Of a stretch of 64,000 bases of DNA, positions 45,637 through 55,399 are shown one piece after another. The DNA is from an uncultured Bacteroidales bacterium (lineage in GTDB: Bacteria; Bacteroidota; Bacteroidia; Bacteroidales; UBA1402), in contig CAZCWK010000006.1 in assembly GCA_964502355.1 (NCBI GenBank), forward strand, positions 2,321 through 66,320. Direction: 5' to 3'. The notes under the pieces are model-generated. The model was given only the letters and a program-made list of their open reading frames with translations. It searched no databases and was not told where the DNA came from. A program made the translations under genes and the position numbers. How positions within the stretch are numbered: the first letter of the stretch is position 1; each line of letters starts with the position of its first letter.

Positions 45637-46761
45637 ATGAAATTTACTGTATCAAGTTCTTCATTACAGAGTCATCTGCAGGCAATTAGCCGTGTGATAA
45701 ACTCTAAGAACACCCTACCGGTTCTTGAGTGTTTCCATTTAAAAATAGAAGGTCTCAAATTGATTGCTACAGCTTCTGATACTGAGACTACCTTAGTAAC
45801 ATCTCTTGATTTGATTAGCTCTGATCAGGATGGTTCATTCGCGATTTCTTCAAAAACATTGCTTGATGCTCTTCGTGAATTGACTGAACAGCCTTTATCA
45901 ATTGAAATAAATGAAAACAGTCTTGAGGTTACTATACTTTATCAAAACGGTAGATATAAATTTGTAGCTCAGAATGGAGATGAGTTTCCGAGATTAAAAG
46001 GTCTTAAAGAAAATCAGGGGAATATTGAAATTCCGGCTTCCACATTGCTGAGAGGTATTAATACTACATTATTTGCTTCTGCTGATGATGAGTTACGTCC
46101 TGTTATGAATGGTGTTGTACTTGATATAACAACTGAAGATGTAACTTTTGTGGCTTCAGATGCTCATAAACTTGTAAGGCTTAAAAACAGTTCAATAAAG
46201 GGTGAACAAAAATCCACTCTGATTTTACCAAAAAAACCTGCTAACCTTTTACGTGCGATTCTGCCTAAGGAAACAGGCAATGTTTTGGTTTCTTTTGATG
46301 ATAATAATGTTTTATTTATACTTTCCAATTATCAGATGTTTTGCAGACTTGTTGAGGGCCGATTCCCCAATTACAATGCTGTAATTCCTCAGAATAATCC
46401 ATACAGAGTTATTGTTGACAGGATTTCTTTTTTGAATACTCTCAAACGTGTAGCTATTTTCGCTAATCAGTCAACGAGTTTGGTTAAGATTTCCATTAAT
46501 CAAAATAATATGGATCTTACTTCACAGGATATAGATTTCTCAACCTCAGCTGAAGAAAGCATTACGTGTCAGTATGAGGGAGAGCCGATTAATATAGGAT
46601 TTAAAGCTCAGTTTATTATTGATATTGTTAATAATCTTGAAACTCAGGAAATTACTCTTGAGCTGGCAGATCCATCCAGGGCTGGTTTGTTTTTACCAAT
46701 AGAAAATAATGAAAACGAAGATTTATTGATGTTATTAATGCCTATGTTGATAAATGAATAA
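45637..46761 (+). CDS. dnaN: DNA polymerase III subunit beta (sliding clamp)
   Basis: 374 aa. N-terminus MKFTVSSSSLQSHLQAISRVINSKNTLPVLECF, three-domain length, C-terminal LLMP. Confidence 0.9.
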   Translation: MKFTVSSSSLQSHLQAISRVINSKNTLPVLECFHLKIEGLKLIATASDTETTLVTSLDLISSDQDGSFAISSKTLLDALRELTEQPLSIEINENSLEVTILYQNGRYKFVAQNGDEFPRLKGLKENQGNIEIPASTLLRGINTTLFASADDELRPVMNGVVLDITTEDVTFVASDAHKLVRLKNSSIKGEQKSTLILPKKPANLLRAILPKETGNVLVSFDDNNVLFILSNYQMFCRLVEGRFPNYNAVIPQNNPYRVIVDRISFLNTLKRVAIFANQSTSLVKISINQNNMDLTSQDIDFSTSAEESITCQYEGEPINIGFKAQFIIDIVNNLETQEITLELADPSRAGLFLPIENNENEDLLMLLMPMLINE

Positions 46762-46804
46762 ATCAAAGATTGAGATTTTTAAGTATAAAATATAGTGATT
46801 ATGA

Positions 46805-46833
46805 ATGAGGCTGTTTTGTTAAAGCAGCCTCAT
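46805..46833 (+). terminator. terminator-like hairpin after dnaN
   Basis: Stem ATGAGGCTG (46805-46813) / CAGCCTCAT (46825-46833), extendable by T-A pairs into the loop. No clear U-tract. Confidence 0.45.
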
Positions 46834-46857
46834 GGCATCTAATAAAAAACCAATTCA

Positions 46858-47625
46858 ATGAAGCTAAATTTAACCAACAGCCTGATTTTTTTTGATCTGG
46901 AAACCACAGGTATTAATCCCGGAACTGACAGAATTGTTGAGATTTCATGGCTTAAGGTATATCCTAATGGCAAGGAGGAAAGTAAAACAATAAGAGTTAA
47001 TCCCGGTATTCCCATTCCAAAGGAAGCGTCAGATATTCACCATATTACAGAAGCGGATGTTGCTGACTGCCCAACGTTTAAAGAAGTTGGTAAGATGATA
47101 GCACGAGAGTTTGAAGGTTGCGACATTGCCGGTTTCAATTCGAACAGATATGATGTACCTCTTCTTGCTGAAGAATTTTTAAGAAATGATGTGGATATTG
47201 ATTTGTCAAAACATAAGTTTATTGATGTCCAGGTTATTTTTCATAAGATGGAACAGAGAACACTAAGTGCCGCGTATAAATTTTATTGCGGTATGGATCT
47301 TGAGGGTGCACATGGAGCTGAAGCTGATACGAAGGCAACATATGAAGTCCTGAAGGCTCAGCTTGACAGGTATCAGGATCTGGAAAATAATGTTTCATTT
47401 TTATCTGAATTCTCTACACAAAACAAGAATGTTGATTTTGCAGGTAAAATCATTTATAATGACAAAGGCGTTGAGGTTTTTAATTTTGGAAAATATAAAG
47501 ATGTTCCTGTAGAGGAAGTCCTTAAAAAAGATTTAGGATATTATGGTTGGATAATGAATGGTGAATTTTCGCTCCATACAAAAAAGGTTCTTACAAGAAT
47601 AAGGCTTCGATCGCTTAATAAATAA
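46858..47625 (+). CDS. DEDDh 3'-5' exonuclease (DnaQ/epsilon-like)
   Basis: Exo I FFDLETTG, Exo II GFNSNRYDVPLL, Exo III HGAEADTKATYEV. Confidence 0.8.
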   Translation: MKLNLTNSLIFFDLETTGINPGTDRIVEISWLKVYPNGKEESKTIRVNPGIPIPKEASDIHHITEADVADCPTFKEVGKMIAREFEGCDIAGFNSNRYDVPLLAEEFLRNDVDIDLSKHKFIDVQVIFHKMEQRTLSAAYKFYCGMDLEGAHGAEADTKATYEVLKAQLDRYQDLENNVSFLSEFSTQNKNVDFAGKIIYNDKGVEVFNFGKYKDVPVEEVLKKDLGYYGWIMNGEFSLHTKKVLTRIRLRSLNK

Positions 47626-48839
47626 TGCTTATGCTTAAAGGGAAACATGTTTTGATTGGTATTTCAGGAGGTATTGCTGCATACAAGATTCCGGAATTGG
47701 TCAGGTTGTTTATTAAATCCGGAGCTGAAGTAAAGGTTATAGCTACCAAAAATGCTCTTGAATTTGTTACACCAATGACATTGGAGACATTATCACAAAA
47801 CAAGTTGTATTGTGAAACCTTTGACTCTGCTAATCAATACTCCACAGACCATATTTCTCATGCCAAATGGGGTGACATATTGGTTGTGGCACCTGCCACG
47901 GCGAATATCATCGGAAAATTTGCCAATGGTATAGCTGATGATGCTTTATCAACCACTTTTATGGCTTTTGATAAATTTGTTTATGTGGCTCCGGCGATGA
48001 ATGTGAATATGTATGAACATCCTGAGTTACAGGAGAACATTGTCAAAATAAAAAAAAGGGGAGTCTCTATAATTGAACCAAATGAAGGTGAATTAGCTTG
48101 TGGTGATATTGGTAAAGGAAGAATGGAAGAACCTGCAGGTATTCTTAAATATGTCGAAGAGTCTTTACTTCTTCAATCTTCATGGTCCGGGAAAAAAATC
48201 CTTATTACTGCGGGGCCTACTTTTGAAAAAATTGATCCTGTACGTTTTATTGGTAACTATTCATCCGGTAAGATGGGTTTTGCTATTGCTGAAGCATGTG
48301 CAAACAGAGGTGCTGAAGTATTTTTAATATCAGGTCCGGTCAGTTTAAAAACATTTCACCCGAATATAAAAAGGATTGATGTTGAATCTGCTGAAGAAAT
48401 GTACCAGGAATCATTAAAAATATTTTCTGATATGAATGCTGCCATTTTATCTGCAGCTGTTGCTGACTTTACACCTGAAACCGTTTTTGATTCTAAAAAG
48501 AAAAGAGGAAGCGAAGATTTAATCTTAAGATTGAAACCCACAAAAGACATTGCATCTTCTTTAGGTATGATGAAAAACAATACTCAGATTCTTGTTGGCT
48601 TTGCACTGGAAACTGACAACGAAGAAGAAAATGCACTTTTGAAACTAGATAAGAAAAATCTTGATTTTATTGTGCTGAATTCTTTAAAAGAAGAAGGTGC
48701 AGGTTTTCGGCACGATACTAATAAAATAATGATTATCAATAAAGAAGGTTATAGATTTGACTTTCCTTTAAAGGATAAGAAAGATGTTGCCGAAGATATT
48801 TTAAATACATTGAATATTTGTTTTATTAATAATAAATAA
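47625..48839 (+). CDS. coaBC: bifunctional phosphopantothenoylcysteine decarboxylase / phosphopantothenate--cysteine ligase
   Basis: 404 aa. Flavoprotein N-domain (IGISGGIAAYK, PATANIIGK) plus CoaB domain (ITAGPTFEKIDPVRFIGNYSSGKMG). Confidence 0.9.
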   Translation: MLMLKGKHVLIGISGGIAAYKIPELVRLFIKSGAEVKVIATKNALEFVTPMTLETLSQNKLYCETFDSANQYSTDHISHAKWGDILVVAPATANIIGKFANGIADDALSTTFMAFDKFVYVAPAMNVNMYEHPELQENIVKIKKRGVSIIEPNEGELACGDIGKGRMEEPAGILKYVEESLLLQSSWSGKKILITAGPTFEKIDPVRFIGNYSSGKMGFAIAEACANRGAEVFLISGPVSLKTFHPNIKRIDVESAEEMYQESLKIFSDMNAAILSAAVADFTPETVFDSKKKRGSEDLILRLKPTKDIASSLGMMKNNTQILVGFALETDNEEENALLKLDKKNLDFIVLNSLKEEGAGFRHDTNKIMIINKEGYRFDFPLKDKKDVAEDILNTLNICFINNK

Positions 48840-48883
48840 ATATATATCTTTGCGTTTGATTAATTTATTTATGCATATTATAC

Positions 48884-49780
48884 ATGAAATTGAAATTACT
48901 TACAGTTTTCGCATTAACGCTATTTACTGTGCTGGTACCTGCAAGTGCTCAGGAACTGGATTGTAAGGTACAGGTTAATTCTCAGCAGATGACAGGAGAC
49001 AAGGCTATCTATGATAATTTCAAGACTTCTGTTGAGACATTTATGAAATCTAATCAATGGTCAAATCTGCAACTAAAAAAAAATGAAAAGATATCATGTT
49101 CGATGAATTTCATTTTTAAGAAAAGAGAAGGAGATAACCATACCTGTGAATTTCAGATGCAGTCTCAACGCCCTGTGTTTGGTTCCACATTAACTACATC
49201 TTTGCTTAATATCAGAGAGGAAATCTCATTTGAATTTTCAGAAAATCAGGTACTGACTTTTAATGAGACATTGATTGACAACAATCTGACAGCTACTCTT
49301 GCATTTTGGGCTTACGTGATTATTGGTATGGATTTTGACAGTTTTTCAAAACTGGGAGGTACACCTTTTTTTCAGAAAGCTCAGGAAATTGCAGGTATTG
49401 CTCAGGGAAGTCTCGGGGATTTATGGAAAGGACAGGAAGATAAGAATCACTGGGGCTGGATTAATGTACTGACTGATGAAAACCAGCCATCACTCAGACT
49501 TTTATCTTACGAATATCATCGTACAGGCCTGGATGAGATGTATAAAGATGTTGAAAAAGGCAGAAGCGGCATTTCTAAATCTCTCAATCAATTAAAAACC
49601 GCGAAACAGGTTAAACCAAGATCTCCTTTACTGGCGAATTTTATTGATACGAAAGCAGATGAACTGGTTAATGTTTATTCTAAAGCTCCGGCTCAGGAAA
49701 AAGTAAACGTATATAATTTGCTCACAGAGATTTATCCGGCTTCAAGCAATAGATTACAGGGTATAAAAAACAACAGATAA
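48884..49780 (+). CDS. DUF4835 family protein (family I recall being annotated as T9SS-associated PorD; uncertain)
   Basis: 298 aa with a signal peptide. The conserved Bacteroidota position between coaBC and recN and the opening ELDCKVQVNSQQ pattern are recalled from memory. Confidence 0.5.
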   Translation: MKLKLLTVFALTLFTVLVPASAQELDCKVQVNSQQMTGDKAIYDNFKTSVETFMKSNQWSNLQLKKNEKISCSMNFIFKKREGDNHTCEFQMQSQRPVFGSTLTTSLLNIREEISFEFSENQVLTFNETLIDNNLTATLAFWAYVIIGMDFDSFSKLGGTPFFQKAQEIAGIAQGSLGDLWKGQEDKNHWGWINVLTDENQPSLRLLSYEYHRTGLDEMYKDVEKGRSGISKSLNQLKTAKQVKPRSPLLANFIDTKADELVNVYSKAPAQEKVNVYNLLTEIYPASSNRLQGIKNNR

Positions 49781-51441
49781 TGCTTTGCAGACTTCATATA
49801 GAAAATTATGCTCTGATTGATAAACTTGATCTTGATTTTGAAGATGGTTTTACAGTAATCACCGGTGAAACCGGTGCCGGTAAATCTATTCTTCTGGGTG
49901 CTTTATCATTGATATTAGGGCAAAGATCAGATGCAAAAGTAATAATGGAAGGATCTTCCAAATGTATCGTTGAAGCTGAGTTTAGACTTAATGACGATTA
50001 TTTTGAAAGACTGTTTCAGTTAAACGACCTGGACTATTATCCCGGGAGTTGCATTATAAGGAGAGAATTATTTGAGAATGGTAAAAACAGAGTCTTTATT
50101 AATGATTCACCGGTTTCTTTGAATATTCTTAAGGAAATATCGGGTTTGCTTATTGATATTCATTCTCAGCATCAGAATCTCTTATTGGCAAAAGAAAGCT
50201 TTCAATTGAATTTTATTGACTGTGTAAGTAAGAATAAAACTATTTTAGATGATTATAAAGCATCTTTCTCCAAATTTAAGGAACTTACTTCTGATCTGAA
50301 AAAAATCGAATCCCTGTCTGAAAAATCAAAAGAAGAAGAAGATTACATCCGGTTTCAATATAATCAACTACTTGAAGCTAAACTAAAAGATGGAGAGCTG
50401 GAATCGCTTGAATCTGAATGGAATATATTAAGTCATGGAGAGGAAATAAAGTCAGGTCTGAGTTTGATTACTGATATTTTTGAAAATGACGAGAAAGGTG
50501 TTCTGTCTAATTTAAAGAGTATTATTAATCAGATTACATCCATTGGAAAGTTAACTGATAGCTTTAATGAGATTAAAGAAAGACTTTCGGTTAATATGAT
50601 TGACTTGAAAGATATTTCTGAAGAAATCAGGAATAGATTTGAAGATATTGAAATTGATCCTGAAAGGCTGTTACTAATTGAGGGAAGATTGAATTTGATA
50701 AACAGTCTTCAACAAAAGCATCATGTGAACAGTGTTAAGGAATTAATTTCTATCAGAGATAGTTATTCTGAAAAGCTTCAGAAGATAGATTCATTTGAAG
50801 AAGAAATATTGTCTCTTAAAAAAGCGATTGAAACCAGTGAATCAGAAACTTTAAAAAAAGCTGAAAATTTGTCAGAAACCAGAAAAATCGTATTTCATCC
50901 TTTAGAAAGCAAAATCGTAAGTATGTTGGTGCAATTAGGGATCCCCAATGCTAAATTTAAAATTTGCCATGAAATCAAAAAACCGGATACTGATGGATTT
51001 GATAAGATAAGTTTATTATTCTCAGCAAATAAAAACTATTCTCCAATGTCTATCGATGACATTGCCTCAGGTGGTGAAATGTCCAGAATCATGTTGTGTA
51101 TAAAGTCCGTTATGGCGAGTTCAATGTCGTTATCCACTCTTTTGTTTGATGAAATTGATACCGGTGTTTCCGGTGAGATTGCTTACAGAATGGGGGAGAT
51201 AATGCAGGATATGTCTGTAGACAGGCAGGTTATATGTATAACTCATTTACCACAGATAGCGGCAAAAGGTAAAACTCATTTAAAAGTAATAAAATCAGAT
51301 TTAGAAGACAGGAGCAGGACAAATGTAGTAAAGTTGAACGATAAGGAGAGGCTGGTTGAGGTCGCGCAAATGCTTAGCGGTGCTAATATAACTGATGCTG
51401 CGATAATTAATGCTCAGACATTAATGGAAGATAAAAATTGA
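49780..51441 (+). CDS. recN: DNA repair protein RecN
   Basis: 553 aa SMC-like protein. Walker A GETGAGKS, long coiled coil, LLFDEIDTGVSG, CITHLPQIA. Confidence 0.9.
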   Translation: MLCRLHIENYALIDKLDLDFEDGFTVITGETGAGKSILLGALSLILGQRSDAKVIMEGSSKCIVEAEFRLNDDYFERLFQLNDLDYYPGSCIIRRELFENGKNRVFINDSPVSLNILKEISGLLIDIHSQHQNLLLAKESFQLNFIDCVSKNKTILDDYKASFSKFKELTSDLKKIESLSEKSKEEEDYIRFQYNQLLEAKLKDGELESLESEWNILSHGEEIKSGLSLITDIFENDEKGVLSNLKSIINQITSIGKLTDSFNEIKERLSVNMIDLKDISEEIRNRFEDIEIDPERLLLIEGRLNLINSLQQKHHVNSVKELISIRDSYSEKLQKIDSFEEEILSLKKAIETSESETLKKAENLSETRKIVFHPLESKIVSMLVQLGIPNAKFKICHEIKKPDTDGFDKISLLFSANKNYSPMSIDDIASGGEMSRIMLCIKSVMASSMSLSTLLFDEIDTGVSGEIAYRMGEIMQDMSVDRQVICITHLPQIAAKGKTHLKVIKSDLEDRSRTNVVKLNDKERLVEVAQMLSGANITDAAIINAQTLMEDKN

Positions 51442-51459
51442 ATGAAATAAATAATTACA

Positions 51460-52245
51460 ATGCAGGAATATAACAAAGAAAGAACAGGAAGACCGGTCAA
51501 AAAGAAATCATCAGGTGATTATATTTTTGGGACTCGGGCAGTCATTGAAGCAATAAAAGCAGGTAAAGACATTGATAAAATACTTGTAAAGAAAAATATT
51601 GAATCAGAATTGGTTTCAGAATTATTTGCTGAATTAAAAGGTCTGGAAATACCAATTCAGAGAGTACCTGTTGAAAAATTGAACAGGATAACGATGAAAA
51701 ATCATCAGGGAGTAATTGCCTATATTTCAGCTGTTACTTACCAGAAGATTGAAGATATTATTCCTTCTTTATATGAAGAGGGCAAAACTCCTTTTATTTT
51801 ACTTCTAGATGGAATAACTGATGTTAGAAATTTTGGAGCCATTGCAAGAACCTGTGAATGTGCCGGAGTTGATGCTATCGTGATCCCTTCAACAAATTCT
51901 GCCGGAATAAACGCTGATGCTATTAAAACTTCAGCAGGTGCATTACATAAATTACCGGTATGCAGAGAAAGAAGTCTTAAAGAAGCGATAATTTATCTGA
52001 AGAATTCAGGTGTTAAAGTTATTGCAGCATCAGAAAAATCATCAAACATATATACAGGAATTGATTATAATGTACCAATAGCTATAGTAATGGGAGCTGA
52101 AGATACAGGTGTTTCAGCTGAACATTTACGAATATGTGATGATCTGGTCAAATTACCAATGCAGGGTTCTATAGCATCTCTGAACGTTTCTGTTGCAGCC
52201 GGTATATTAATATATGAGGTTTTAAGGCAAAGATTGAATTTTTGA
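51460..52245 (+). CDS. rlmB: SpoU/TrmH-family 23S rRNA (guanosine-2'-O)-methyltransferase RlmB
   Basis: 261 aa. Substrate-binding N-domain (IFGTRAVIEAI) plus SPOUT domain (LDGITDVRNFGAIARTC, IVMGAEDTGVS, SLNVSVAAGI). Confidence 0.75.
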   Translation: MQEYNKERTGRPVKKKSSGDYIFGTRAVIEAIKAGKDIDKILVKKNIESELVSELFAELKGLEIPIQRVPVEKLNRITMKNHQGVIAYISAVTYQKIEDIIPSLYEEGKTPFILLLDGITDVRNFGAIARTCECAGVDAIVIPSTNSAGINADAIKTSAGALHKLPVCRERSLKEAIIYLKNSGVKVIAASEKSSNIYTGIDYNVPIAIVMGAEDTGVSAEHLRICDDLVKLPMQGSIASLNVSVAAGILIYEVLRQRLNF

Positions 52246-52246
52246 T

Positions 52247-53317
52247 ATGCTGGAGACATTAACAGAAGTTTTTAAAAATACAGTAATGATCACATCATTC
52301 GTGATCGTTATAATGATATTTATTGAGCTTTTAAATGTTTTTACAAGTGGTACCTGGAGTCATTGGTTAAGTAAATCTAAACCATTACAGGTTTTAATTG
52401 CAACTTTACTTGGTTTGATTCCCGGTTGTTTTGGTGGTTTTGCTGTTGTCGGAATGTGGACACATGGGGCAATAAGTTTTGGTTCATTGGTTGCTGCTAT
52501 GATAAGCAGTGTTGGAGATGAAGCTTTTTTTATGCTGGTGAGTATGCCTGAGAAGGCATTTTTATTGTTTTTCATACTTTTAATAATTGCCATTTTCGTA
52601 GGAATTACCATCGATAAGTTGAAAATTAATGTGAAAACTCCGGCAAATATGGGTAATCACCTTATTGTTCATGAACATGAGCGTAAAAACGTTTCAGAAT
52701 ATCTTAAAAACTGGAAAACCAATTTTAAACAGCTCACTTTTACACGAATTTTGTTAATTACAGGAGTATGCTTTTTTATTATTGCAGTTTTAGGAGGTTT
52801 CTTTGAGCATGAGCATGAAAGTGTAAAAAATATATCACAGGGTATATTTATCGAGGAGAAATGGTTTAACTCGATATTCATAATTATGGCTTTTGTAGTT
52901 TTGTTGACTTTTATAATTGTTGATGATCATTTCCTTGAAGAACATCTTTGGAAACACATAATCAGGCAACATGTACCTAAAATAGCGATATGGACATTCG
53001 GGGCTTTGTTATTAATTCATTTTGTTTTCAATTCAGTTAATCTGCAAACATGGGTAAGCGAAAATACTTTGTTGGTTTTGTTGATAGCTGTTTTGTTTGG
53101 ACTTATACCTGAATCAGGTCCGCACCTGATTTTTATCACTATGTTTTTAAGTGGTACAATTCCTTTCAGTGTTTTGCTGGCAAATTCAATAACACAGGAT
53201 GGTCATTCTTCTTTGCCTTTGTTAGCTGAATCAAAAAGGGGATTTATATTGACTAAATCAATTAATATTGTTATTGGTTTTTCAGTAGGTTTTGCTGGCT
53301 ATTTATTTGGTTTCTAA
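52247..53317 (+). CDS. polytopic membrane protein (family I recall annotated as putative manganese transporter / formerly arsenic efflux protein)
   Basis: 356 aa, about 10 TM segments in two repeated halves (LIPGCFGG... and LIPESGPHLIF...). The functional label comes from memory only. Confidence 0.4.
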   Translation: MLETLTEVFKNTVMITSFVIVIMIFIELLNVFTSGTWSHWLSKSKPLQVLIATLLGLIPGCFGGFAVVGMWTHGAISFGSLVAAMISSVGDEAFFMLVSMPEKAFLLFFILLIIAIFVGITIDKLKINVKTPANMGNHLIVHEHERKNVSEYLKNWKTNFKQLTFTRILLITGVCFFIIAVLGGFFEHEHESVKNISQGIFIEEKWFNSIFIIMAFVVLLTFIIVDDHFLEEHLWKHIIRQHVPKIAIWTFGALLLIHFVFNSVNLQTWVSENTLLVLLIAVLFGLIPESGPHLIFITMFLSGTIPFSVLLANSITQDGHSSLPLLAESKRGFILTKSINIVIGFSVGFAGYLFGF

Positions 53318-53388
53318 ATATTTATAAATTAACGCATTAATTGAACACGCGGTGTTCAATACGACCTCAGTGTAAAAAAAATAAACGT

Positions 53389-53766
53389 ATGAAAAAGGTT
53401 ATTAGTACAAAAAAAGCACCTTCAGCAATTGGTCCTTATAGTCAGGCAATTATGAGTTCGAATATGCTGTTTATATCGGGACAGATACCGGTTAATCCCC
53501 AGAATGGATTAGTAGAATCAAATGATATAAAAGGTCAGACACTACAAGTCTTTAATAACATAAAGGCCATTCTTGAAGAGGCTGATCTTTGTATCGATAA
53601 TATAGTTAAGACAACTGTCTTTCTGTCTGATATGAGCCTTTTTGCTGATATGAACGAAGTTTATTCATCTCAGTTTACCGGGAATTTTCCGGCCAGAGCT
53701 GCATTTGCTGTCAGGGAACTTCCTAAAGGCGCATTGGTAGAGATAGAAGCAATTGCAATGAAGTAA
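53389..53766 (+). CDS. ridA: RidA family reactive-intermediate deaminase (YjgF/L-PSP)
   Basis: From ATG 53389: MKKVISTKKAPSAIGPYSQA...ARAAFAVRELPKGALVEIEAIA. The track start 53341 is TTG. Confidence 0.85.
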   Translation: MKKVISTKKAPSAIGPYSQAIMSSNMLFISGQIPVNPQNGLVESNDIKGQTLQVFNNIKAILEEADLCIDNIVKTTVFLSDMSLFADMNEVYSSQFTGNFPARAAFAVRELPKGALVEIEAIAMK

Positions 53767-55227
53767 TCATTGCGCAATTGCTTCCATCAAAACTACATTT
53801 TCTACATGTTGAGTGTGGGGGAACAAATCTACCGGTTGAACTTTTGTTACTTTGTATTTTTCACTTAACATTAAAATATCTCTTGCCTGAGTGGCAGGAT
53901 TGCAACTGACATAGACAATTTTCTTAGGAGATGCAAATAAAATAGCATCAATAACATCTGAATGCATCCCTGCCCGTGGTGGATCAGTTATTATAATATC
54001 GGGACGACCATGAGTTGTTATGAATTGTTCATTTAATATATCTTTCATATCTCCTGAGAAGAACATTGCATTTTCAATATTATTCAATTCTGCATTGATC
54101 TTTGCATCTTCAATTGCTTCAGGTACATATTCAATTCCGATTACCTTATTGCAATAACCGGAAATAAACTGGGCTATTGTTCCTGTACCTGTATATAAGT
54201 CATAAACCAATTCATTCCCGTTTAAGCCGGCAAATGAACGGGCAACTTTATAAAGCTCGTACGCCTGAGTGGAGTTGGTTTGGAAAAATGATTTTGGACC
54301 AACCTTGAAGCGAAGATTTTCCATGGTTTCGTAAATACAATCATTTCCTCTGAAAATATGTATTTCCTGATCACTGATTGTGTCATTGGCTTTTTCATTT
54401 ATGACATATAACAGCGAAGTTATCTCAGGAAATTGTTTTTCGATGTGATTAAGCAGCGCTTCGATTTTCTCAGGTTCATTAGCAAAAAAGACTACTATTA
54501 ACATTATTTCTCCCGAAGAGGATGTCCTGATAATGAGGTTTCTCATTAAACCTTCCTGCTGCCTTAAGTTGAAAAAAGGATAGTCATTATGATTGCAAAA
54601 ATCTTTTACCGATAATCTGATTCTGTTCGAAATATCATCCTGCAACCAACAATATTTTATATCCAGCACTTTATCAAACATACCCGGAATATGAAATCCT
54701 AATCCATTTCTGTCTTTATAAATTTCTTCATTTTCCATTTCAGAAAAACTCAGCCATCTTCTGTCAGAAAAAGTGAATTCCAGTTTGTTTCTGTAAAATC
54801 TTGTTTTTTCAGAACCAATTATATTAAAAGTTCCTTCAGTTACAGCCTTGTTGTCATATTCTGTATCTAGTGAAACAGGCATTTGTATTTTACCAATTCT
54901 TTCAAGAGCATCAATGACTTGTTTGTGCTTGTATTTCAACTGATTATTATATGTCAGGTGCTGCCATTTACAGCCTCCGCAAACACTAAAATGCTCACAA
55001 AAAGGTGTTTCCCTTTCTTCAGAAAAAGTATGGTACTTCACAACATAGCCTTCAGCATAATTGTGTTTTTTCTTATTTACCTGAATATCTACAATATCAC
55101 CCGGAGCTGCAAATGGCACAAAAACAACCATATCATCTATTCTTGCTAAAGCTTTACCTTCAGCAGCAACATCCGAAATCTTAACCATCTCCAGTAATGG
55201 GAGATTTTTTTTCTTTCTTCCAGCCAA
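53767..55227 (-). CDS. rlmD: 23S rRNA (uracil-C5)-methyltransferase RlmD (TRAM + Fe-S + SAM MTase)
   Basis: 486 aa. TRAM N-domain, Cys cluster CEHFSVCGGCKWQ, SAM motif DLYTGTGT, catalytic VYVSCNPAT. TTG start at 55227; the N-terminus looks full length. Confidence 0.85.
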   Translation of the reverse strand: MAGRKKKNLPLLEMVKISDVAAEGKALARIDDMVVFVPFAAPGDIVDIQVNKKKHNYAEGYVVKYHTFSEERETPFCEHFSVCGGCKWQHLTYNNQLKYKHKQVIDALERIGKIQMPVSLDTEYDNKAVTEGTFNIIGSEKTRFYRNKLEFTFSDRRWLSFSEMENEEIYKDRNGLGFHIPGMFDKVLDIKYCWLQDDISNRIRLSVKDFCNHNDYPFFNLRQQEGLMRNLIIRTSSSGEIMLIVVFFANEPEKIEALLNHIEKQFPEITSLLYVINEKANDTISDQEIHIFRGNDCIYETMENLRFKVGPKSFFQTNSTQAYELYKVARSFAGLNGNELVYDLYTGTGTIAQFISGYCNKVIGIEYVPEAIEDAKINAELNNIENAMFFSGDMKDILNEQFITTHGRPDIIITDPPRAGMHSDVIDAILFASPKKIVYVSCNPATQARDILMLSEKYKVTKVQPVDLFPHTQHVENVVLMEAIAQ

Positions 55228-55340
55228 TCTAAAAAGAGTTAAAAAAATTCAATACTAACTGACTGCAAAAATACTAAAAAATACATATGGATTTTGATAT
55301 TTCGAGTTGGCAAAAAAGCATATAATTGAATATATTTTTT

Positions 55341-55348
55341 TAATTTTG
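55341..55348 (+). promoter_or_regulatory. candidate -7 promoter box (TAnnTTTG)
   Basis: TAATTTTG lies 52 nt upstream of the probable ppdK ATG at 55400. Confidence 0.35.
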
Positions 55349-55399
55349 CACATCATTGTTAGAAATTATATTTTTATTAATCTAAATACATTTTTACGG

